A stretch of 64,000 nt of DNA from Octopus vulgaris (Eukaryota), in contig OX597826.1 of NCBI GenBank assembly GCA_951406725.2, forward strand, positions 76,384,001-76,448,000, read 5' to 3'. Below, piece after piece: positions 55,157 through 64,000 of the stretch. The notes under the pieces were generated by a model. That model was not told where the DNA came from, ran no database searches, and was given only the letters and a program-made list of their open reading frames with translations. Both the position numbers and the translations under genes were made by a program. Position 1 is the first letter of the stretch. Every line of letters begins with the position of its first letter.

Positions 55157-56082
55157 TACTTACCTTATGGTAATGCAATCTGTATGTGTATATCTTTCTT
55201 ATATAACTCTTTGTTTTTTTATTATAACCCCCAGAGACAGTCTCAGGGATAGTCTCTCAGATTTACTAGAATGCAACTGACATGTTCATAATTTTCTCTT
55301 GGATATCGCCTTCAAATATATTCAAGATTTCGGTCAAGCATGCACTCGTGGAAAAAAAACACATTTATATTAAAATATTTCTCATTTATCAGCTTCGTAC
55401 CAATACTAAGGAAAACATCCAGATTTTATTTTCTTAAAGACAAAAAAGTAATTATCAATAAATAGAATCTCAAAAGCTGGGGAAAAATCATCTTTAGAGA
55501 TCACCTTATTAACATATTTAAATGTGGTTACATCAGAAACGGTCTACACGAAACGTTGTTGTAATTCCGGTCATCGAAGTTTAACAAAAACTGTTTCTAC
55601 ATCTTCGGCACAGCATCACATACCTACATCGCAGAGAGAATTATATCGCGTAAGTGGTATAAAACTTAATATAAATCAAAGATTCACCTCTTAGAATTGT
55701 TTCTTGTAGTAGACAAGACATCGAGACATTTGTGCAAATGGAAAATCCTGATATATCAGCCTACGTTCTACTAATGTGATTGTTTGTCTCTGGCTGATAA
55801 TGACAAAAGCCACGAGTATATGACATGATTAATGGGAAATGTGAAATTCTAACTTGGATACCCAGGTCTGCCGAAACACGTATATGAAGACGAAATAAAC
55901 CGGCGAATTATAAACCATTTGCATTTTGAGATACAATTCTGTACTCAAATGCCACAGTCTCCTCTGTATAAGATCTGAATCGTTCAGTGAATGAAATTTC
56001 CTCAAGATTGAGTGTCATAGTGTTGTCAGGAGGAAGGAAGTGAACAGAATAAAAAAGAGAAGAGGAGAGACGTTCGATCTTC

Positions 56083-56526
56083 TTTCAGTCATATGACTGC
56101 GGCCATGCTGGAGCACGTTTTTAAGAGTTTTGGCTGAACAAATCGACCCAAGGACTTATTTCCGGTTTTAAATCTGGTTCTTCATCTTTACTGTTTTTGT
56201 TAAACCTCTGAGTTACTGGTGCATGAACAAACCAATAGGTGGCGTATAGAATTTCTCTGATTTGAAGCAATCAGTTGTTGGCTTTGTTATTTATTTATTT
56301 CTTTACTACCCACAAGGGGCCAAACACAGAAGGGACAAACAAGGACAGACAAACGGATTAAGTCGATTACATCGACCCCAGTGCGTAACTGGTACTTAAT
56401 TTATCGACCCCGAAATGATGAAAGGCAAAGTCGACCTCGGCAGAATTTGAACTCGGAACGTAACGACAGACGAAATACGGCTACGCATTTCGCCCGGCGT
56501 GCTAACGTTTCTGCCAGCTCGCTACC
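56083..56526 (-). mobile_element. Decayed SINE B tail (56083-56235) and full SINE A (56296-56526)
   Basis: ttcagtcatatgactgcggccatgctggagcac; tttctttactacccacaagggg...ctgccagctcgc. Confidence 0.88.
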
Positions 56527-56971
56527 TTTGGCTGTTTTATTTGAGTATGCAAAATAGGTTTTCTTTTCAACCGCCGCCATATTGTTGCACACCCACATTG
56601 GTCAATATATCCAATTCTTCCACTTTTTCCACCATTGACTTATTTTCATTTAAGAAATAGTTCCATGACCGTGTTCTATTGTACATACATACATACATAC
56701 ATACATGCATGCGTACCTACCTACCTACATACATACATACATACATACATACATACATACATAAATACACACATACATACATGCATACATACACACATAC
56801 ATACATACATTACATACATATAAGCACTTATATATGTATAAAGAAATATGTATGTGCGTGTATACAGACACATACATATATATGTGTGCGTGCGAATGTA
56901 TACACCAAGGCACACGCACATATATATATGTGTGCGTATACACTTACGCACACACACACATATATACATTT

Positions 56972-57004
<33 letters not shown>

Positions 57005-57507
57005 CATACATATTTATGCAAATACATACACATATATATATGTGTACATATAAGCCTAAAAGATCAGTCGCCGGATTCATAAAACTAAATTACATATAAG
57101 CAAGACATTGTTTGCCAGACGTTGTCTATTTGTCGGTTTGTCTCTCTCTGTCTGTGTGTCCGTGTGTCTGTCTGTCCGCCAGTTCGTCACTCGAAGTGTT
57201 ATATATAATACCGTTGCATATAATCATCGATGCATATTTAATATCAGTGACGGTGTTAAGTTGTAAAGAAGAGTCAACCTCGTAATGGCAATGGCACCTA
57301 TCAGAGGTCAGAAAGTTAGAGCCGTCAGTGTAAGCAGAGCTGGACAACGAGAATACGTTCACACTTTACAGATATTATTGCTTAGAAAAGCGGGAGGGAA
57401 ATGCTACTAAGGTTTTATTGTCACATTTTATTGTAGTAAAGCGAGAGAGAGAAAGAGAAATTTTTGCACACGTTCTACCCGCTCTCAGATCCGTCTATAG
57501 TAGATTA

Positions 57508-57773
57508 CTAGCAGTTATAGCCCAGCGTTGCTCGGGCTGGTTTTCTTTTCGACCCTTTAGAATTGGAATTTTTGAAAAGTAAAAATTTTGCATTATGTAG
57601 CTTGTTATTGTCTTTAAGTGAACATTTTTCTGGTTGAAATACACAAAAAAATGGCGACACAGCAGTCAAAAAATTGTAAAAAATAGGGATTTTCATAGAA
57701 AAAAAAAGCACCTTTTTGATGTAAATAGTTTTTGGTGTTAACATGATCCGATTTGAATTTTTTCTTCTACGAA
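57508..57773 (-). mobile_element. Helitron 3' part, same family as 32392-32782
   Basis: CTAG plus hairpin end; body is the reverse complement of about 32520-32782. Confidence 0.88.
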
Positions 57774-58309
57774 AGTACTGGGCTGTTCCATTTGGTGAGG
57801 CAGTTAAGGTTGTGCTTTACGAACCATTGCACCTCTCAGCGACTGAATCTTAATACCCAGACAGGGGTTGAGTATGCTCATACACACTAAGTGTAATGTG
57901 GTGTGTATACACCGATACTGGTGTTTATACACCATATAGTCTACACTAAGAGCGTAAACACCGATATTTTGAAATACAGCGTTCGATGTACCTTTGTGTT
58001 TATTTCTTTGTTGCTCACAGGGTACTAATTTAATCGACCCCGAAAGGATGACTGTAGGCGCCTATCCAAGGTGCTGCGCAGAATGATCGAACCCGGAACT
58101 GCTTGGTTATTAAGTAAGCTTCCTAAGCACGCAGTAGAGACGGTAACTGCAATATGAGTTATTTCCGAAGAAGACACTAATTTTCGCAGCGAAGATTGTG
58201 GACAATCGAATTTGTTTAACGACTTCCAGTTCTCATTAGCGAAAGTCGATCAAGGAAATATATCTTCACTTTTATGAAAGACAAAGATAAATATGAATAG
58301 ACACGTGCA

Positions 58310-58346
<37 letters not shown>

Positions 58347-58361
58347 GTGTGTGTGTGTGTT

Positions 58362-58396
<35 letters not shown>

Positions 58397-58405
58397 GTAG
58401 GTATG

Positions 58406-58439
<34 letters not shown>

Positions 58440-58699
58440 CATGTGTGTGAGTATTGTATATGTATGTATATATAAATATATATATATATACATATACATA
58501 CATACAAACAAACATACAAACTAAAGTTATAACCGATCGCTTTTCTATATTTATTTATCAATACGCATAAACGGATATCTAGACATACACACACATACAC
58601 ACACACAGACACACAAAATTACACACGCGCACCGATATATACATATCATTATTTATCTACACCCACTCACGCACACACGTATATATTCCAATCTGCATC

Positions 58700-58998
58700 A
58701 CGTAGTCATGTGATCGACCAGACTAACGGATGATGCTGTTATACATCGCTGGTCACAAAGCGCTTCGCATTGTTTTAGCTTTCAAACATTTCCACCCGGT
58801 TGTCCAGGTGAGCAGACCAACATTCCCTCCTGATCGGAAGGCCGCCCTATTGCAGAGCTCACTCATCTGCAATTGAGTGGACCGAAGCAGCGTGAAATGA
58901 AGTATCTTGCTCAAGAAGATAATGTGCCACTTGGTCCAGATATCGAACATGCGACTTAACGACCGTCACTGCAACACCGTAACCACTAGGCCACGCAC
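58700..58998 (-). mobile_element. Decayed SINE family C
   Basis: Minus-strand A box gtggcctagtggtta and B box gttcgatat; shared tgagtggaccgaagcagcgtgaaatgaagt core. Confidence 0.75.
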
Positions 58999-59011
58999 CC
59001 GTGTCAAATTC

Positions 59012-59403
59012 TTACTCTTTTACTCTGTTATTTGTGTCAGTCATTTGACAGCGGCCATGCTGGGGCACCGCCTTTAGTCGAGCAAATCGACCTAGGACTT
59101 ATTCTTTCTAAGCCTAGTATTTATTTTATCGGTTTCTTTTGCCGAACCGCTAAGTTACCGGGACGTAAACGCACCAGCATCGGTCATCAAGCGATGTTGG
59201 GGGACAAACACAGACGCACAAATACATACATATATATAAATATATACGACAGGCTTCTTTCAGTTTCCGCCTACCAAATCCACTCACAAGGTTTTGGTCG
59301 GTCCGAGGCTATAGTAGAAGACACATGCCCAAGATGCCACGCAGTGGGACTGAACCCGGAACCATGTGGTTGGTAAGCAAGCTACTTACCACGCAGCCAC
59401 TCC
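59012..59403 (-). mobile_element. Full SINE family B
   Basis: Reverse complement of the 10359-10754 family. Confidence 0.92.
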
Positions 59404-59909
59404 AGCTCCTTAAGTAAACATAAAATACAAGAGATAACCCGGACTTCGTTGGGGCTGGTTTAAACGTATGCAGATACATGTACATAATCACTTGTCCTCT
59501 CTGTTTCTGCACTAAGGTGCCATTCTGTCGCCACCTGGCCTCAAAATATGCCAGGAACCAAATGATAACAACAAGAAAGTAAAAAAAAAAGAAGAAATTA
59601 CTCATGGTCCATCCTTTTTGGTATCGGTAATTATAATGGCTCTTAACAACTTCCTCCTGTTCCCGTCGACGCCTTTCTTCAATTTTCAGAACTATTTTCC
59701 AAATTAAACAGAGGCCCGATGTCTACCTACAACATTCGCGTATATTTGAGACTTTAACCAAATTTTAATCTTATGTAATACAGACAACTTCTGTAATTAA
59801 ATTGAACAAGTGTAAACGGTATATTCTTTATTAATACAACCATCAAAATGGGAGACATTTCTTATTAATATGATTAAAATTAGAAAAAATAAGATGGCAT
59901 CGATGGTTT

Positions 59910-60760
59910 ATTAATGAGACCTCTTTTTCCTGAGCTAAGCAAGAAATTTTGCAATATTTGACCAAGATTTTAATAAAAGACGTCGTTGCATTACTTCTAT
60001 TCATTTTCTGTTCTTGGTCAACATTGAGGCTATTCTACTAAAACCTTTCTCCACTAGAGAAGATAAAGCAAAACTAATAAAGATGGCTTCATTCTTCTGT
60101 AAAAGAATTTCCATACTCCCTTTTGCCGATATTAAACTCAAGCTTTCTAAAATTGTCTTTATTTCGTCATTTTGCAATGTAATCTGACCTTTTTGAACTT
60201 TTGAGGACACAAACCAGTGTTTTTGCATCGTCTTGAATCCTCATTTTAATAAATTCATTAATTCTTGTCTCAAAATCACCGTTCAGTTGACGTAGAAGGG
60301 CGCAGTTGGTCTTCTGATAAAACCTTGTAAACATTTCTGAAATGCTTTTCACTGATGGCATTTGATAGGAGAACGCAATACTGCTTAGAATGTTGACGTT
60401 ATTTTCTGCGTTTATAAGATTAAAATTATTCTTTTACAGTTGCAGTTTCAGCGACGTAAGCTACATCTACATGAATAAAGCAAATATCTTTTACATGCTG
60501 GTCATCTGATTTCTAAGTAGAATTTTAATCAGTGTTGTAAAGGTGGAAGAAGCGTTTCAAAGCAGATCCTTTTAATAGCCGCCGTTATCTTGATCTGAAT
60601 GACAAAATAGGTTAATGTTTAAGGCCTGTGCTTTGATTCCGTTATCAGCAAAATTTACGGAAGTTGGACTTCAAGACGTGGACTCATTAAGCGACTTAAT
60701 GACAAAACAATTAACAGTGAATGACAGCCATTTACGAATAAATTAAGTATTTATTTCTTG
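59910..60760 (-). mobile_element. hAT (Buster/Charlie-like) transposase C-terminal fossil
   Basis: RLLKGSALKRFF (RWLSKG-like), DVAYVAE, FISFALSSLVEKGFSRIASMLTKNR (hAT dimerisation domain) and a terminal SH*. Confidence 0.7.
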
Positions 60761-61255
60761 TATATAACACCACACTTAGTTATTAATTGTGATAGTTCGT
60801 ATAATTGAGACAATTTACAAAAGTTGGGCACCTATCAGATAACTCATTCATTTACTGAGGATATTATTTATTATTCGCACTCCTTCCGGGTTTTCTTTTC
60901 TCGAAATTTTCTCTTTCAAATGTAATTGCTTCATAGTTTCATTTGATGCGAATATAGAACAATAAATTCCGTATTATAAATAGTTTATATTAGTTAACTT
61001 TGTTTCCGATATCCTTGGAATTTTGTTTGTCTTCTTGGAATGTTAGAATTGCTTGAACCATTTTTGCCTTAACTTCCAAAATTTTTGCCTTAACTTCCAA
61101 AATTTGGAAACGAAAGATTTAAGCGATATCAAAACAAATTATATCATATTAAATTTTCAACATAATTGTAGAACTGTTTTAAACATTATAAATCTTAGAT
61201 ATATAAAAACCTGAATACACACATGAAAGTGTGTACATACATACATACATAGATC

Positions 61256-61614
61256 TGGTGGCTGCCCCCTCGTTATCGAGTATGGCCATTGCACGAAGCT
61301 TAATCAATGTTGTTATCGTGCAATGCCTGTGCAAGAAGGTTTTTTTTAAAGTGAGGAAAGGCTGTGCACTGAGTCAATCCCACTCACTAAGCAACAGCAA
61401 CCATAATCCGAAAAGAAGAACAAGTCAACATCATCGGTAACCACTGAGCCGCATGTTTTTATGTCGGAGTTATCCCAGTTACCTGAGTTACCTTCTCCTA
61501 GAAGGATGCCCTAACGAAGGATAGGAGTCCTTCACTCCCAATGGTTTAACCGCGCGATCGGGTATTCTGTCCGATTATTTCTATGTCCCCGCGCATGATT
61601 CAGCCTTAAGACAT
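61256..61614 (-). mobile_element. 5'-truncated copy of the 14488-15040 element
   Basis: Reverse complement of about 14685-15040, with a (ACAT)n tail on the left. Confidence 0.9.
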
Positions 61615-61986
61615 ACATATATACATAAACACATACACACTCACACACTAGGGTATTTAGTTAGGTATATAGATTCAGATACGCAATAAGCATTGTAAAC
61701 CCAATGTTGCCAAACTCTATTGCCTTGAATGTGATCTGAGAGAAATGAACACCAATGAGGAATTTTGCCTATCAATCTTTATTAATCAACTTTTGTTCGA
61801 AGACATAAGCAAGCAGAACTAATCAAAGTATATGTCTTTTGCTCACTGAAGAAATGTACGTTTAGTGTCTGTGTATGTGTATGTGTGTGTCGTAAATATT
61901 AGCGCCTGTGTATGTGTATGTGTGTGTGTCATAAATATTAGCGCCGGACGCAGTATTAATACCGAATGGCAATCTTTATATCCTAC

Positions 61987-62389
61987 TTAACGTAAATGCA
62001 TGTTTGAACGCCGAATACTGCGGTATTTGCCTTGAAAAGTTCTCACATGTAACCGTATGGTGCTAAGAGTACACACGTATATTATAACACTGAAGGAATA
62101 TGGGCGCCAGAACACTGAAGGAATATGGGTATGGGCGCCAGAACCGCCAGATCACGTGATTTCTTCGTCCGGCACTTCCTGAATTGCAGGTGTCTTGTTG
62201 GTGCGTACCTGCAAAATTTCGCTGCAAAAGATATATGTTATAGCTGATTTTTTAGTCACTGGTGTTGGAAATAACCAGCAAATTTATTAGAAGATAAATA
62301 TTAGCGATAGAAGCAATACATCCACATGACAGGACCTCTCTAATCGAATACTGCAGTATTCAACATTCTAATAATACTTTAAACGTTAA
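61987..62389. mobile_element. Old MITE bounded by TTAA (piggyBac-like)
   Basis: ttaacgt...gaatactgcggtatt at left, mirrored by gaatactgcagtatt...acgttaa at right. Confidence 0.5.
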
Positions 62390-62534
62390 CTAGGATATAC
62401 ATACATATATACCTTGTTGTTGATGTTGAAATTCCAATGAAGGAGCCTTGGATCTAGTTTAGAAATCGGTTTTTTCGGTAAGAAATCTTAAAATAAGCTG
62501 AATAAAGGCATACATACATACATACATACATACA

Positions 62535-62566
<32 letters not shown>

Positions 62567-62619
62567 GATTTTTTCGTTAAAAAATCAGCTACATATATCA
62601 TACTAATTGCAAGAATAAA

Positions 62620-63450
62620 ATGGTACAACTCTCCCCTAATTGTACTCCTGGCTATATGACTATGACCTCCACTTCTCACAAGTATTACCCCACTTTCAAT
62701 AGATCCTCAATAAAAATTTCATACTCCACCACACCTAACCTCGGATCTATCATAGCTGCTCTTAATAGTAGCCAACTCCAAGGCCAGTCAGTTCAACGTA
62801 TACCCCTATATAGCACCCCAATAGGATCCGGACAATGGTAGTACCACAGCTATTAACAACTCTCCTAGGCTAATTAATTCTAAAATGACGGCAGTATCCT
62901 GCAACCCTGATTACCAAATATAGGGTATCAGTTCTTACGTAACCATTCATTCCAATTCTATAATAAACTCCAACTTAGATCCATCCTTACCGACGACATG
63001 TCAACTTAAATTAGCCTCACGAGGACAATACTGTCGTGCATCCAATTTATGCCCTCTTGAATATTTTTGCTTACGTAAAAATGTGATATATAAATGCATT
63101 TGCTGACACCTCGCAACCACCAGGCAATGATTTATATTGAGAGCACAATAAACTTTAAGCGTAGACGTCGTGCACATATTAATTCTTTTATTTAAAAAAA
63201 TTTTATTAAAAAAAAATTTTCTACTTCACTAGCATAATCTCGAAGCACAAACTATGCAGTTCAAACTATCCTGATCAATAGTTACGGAAGCCACCCCACT
63301 TACAATTCATATATACGTAAATGTAAACCCTGTATCAAATAATCATTAACTATTCTGTGTATGTATAATTCTTCAATGTTAAATAGGTTTTCAGATGTTA
63401 TTTTTCTCCCGTAAACACAGGTATTATTCGACCCTTAGACCTTTGGCTAA
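62620..63450 (+). pseudogene. Penelope-like element linker + GIY-YIG endonuclease remnant
   Basis: HKYYPTFNRSSIKISYSTTPNLGSIIAALN, then YCRASNLCPLEYFCLRKNVIYKC (about 63029), MIYIESTINFKRRRRAHINSF (63128) and STSLA, broken by stops and frameshifts. Confidence 0.85.
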
Positions 63451-63646
63451 CTCTTCTTAACTTCATAATAAATTATTATTCCATTAATTCTGAATTGTAG
63501 TAGCTTCTCCTCTAATCCCCCACCTCTAATATCATTAATAATTTCGTCTTAATAGTACTATATTCGTCTGTAGCTCTTTATAAAGTCTGCCAAGTTTGAA
63601 TTCCACCAAATTAGCATAACAACTGTAAACTTATCAGTTGGAGATT

Positions 63647-63736
63647 TCCCTGAAGAAGGAAACGGTGGTATGAACTAACAGACCTTAACATCTATAATAT
63701 CTTTGGACCACTATTCCTCCAGAAACAGCCGTCGGA
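63647..63736 (+). ncRNA. Hammerhead motif in the 3' terminal repeat of the PLE remnant
   Basis: UCC-CUGAAGA-AGGAA..GGUGGU...ACCACU.UUCCU(CCA)-GAAA-CAGCCG-UC-GGA. Confidence 0.65.
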
Positions 63737-64000
63737 CCTTAAGGACTTATAACTTTTCCATCTGGATTCATAAAATTCCACACTGATTTTATACTCCATT
63801 CATTCTATTTATATATTTTTAATGTAGTTTTTATTGTAAGTCGGACTTTATATTTGTATAATCTTAATATGTTCTTAGTGCATTTATATTGATATATTTA
63901 TATATTTTAATGTATTTTCAATGTATTTATATATATCTATACATTTTTATTGTATGATTTGTGTACATAACGGAATATATTTTATTAGAAGCCTATTGGT

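Noticed and set aside
62428-62472. ccaatgaagg...agaaatcggtt hammerhead-like remnant
   Set aside because: Core and stems are too degenerate to support; similarly 55794-55885.

Overview
AT-rich, microsatellite-saturated animal genomic DNA with no host protein-coding exon I can recognise. Almost all six-frame ORFs are translations of (TA)n, (CA)n, (TATG)n, (TATC)n, (TAA)n or (ACC)n tracts. The SINE families and repeat style suggest an octopus (inference from recalled repeat sequences, not a database hit). The window is a transposon graveyard: three families of tRNA-derived SINEs, Helitron/Helentron pieces, four Tc1/mariner fossils, one pogo/Tigger fossil, one hAT (Buster/Charlie-like) fossil, R4/Dong-like LINE tails sitting in (TAA)n, and a Penelope-like (PLE) GIY-YIG remnant. 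The main signal the ORF track misses is RNA structure. About ten type-I hammerhead ribozyme motifs from several families are present. One is fully canonical (50441-50502) and lies inside a 511-nt terminally redundant unit. One lies downstream of a tRNA-like Pol III head in a fold-back element with an 11-bp target-site duplication. Seven long inverted duplications also occur, several carrying these ribozymes. All alignments and folds were done by eye, so boundaries of decayed elements are approximate.
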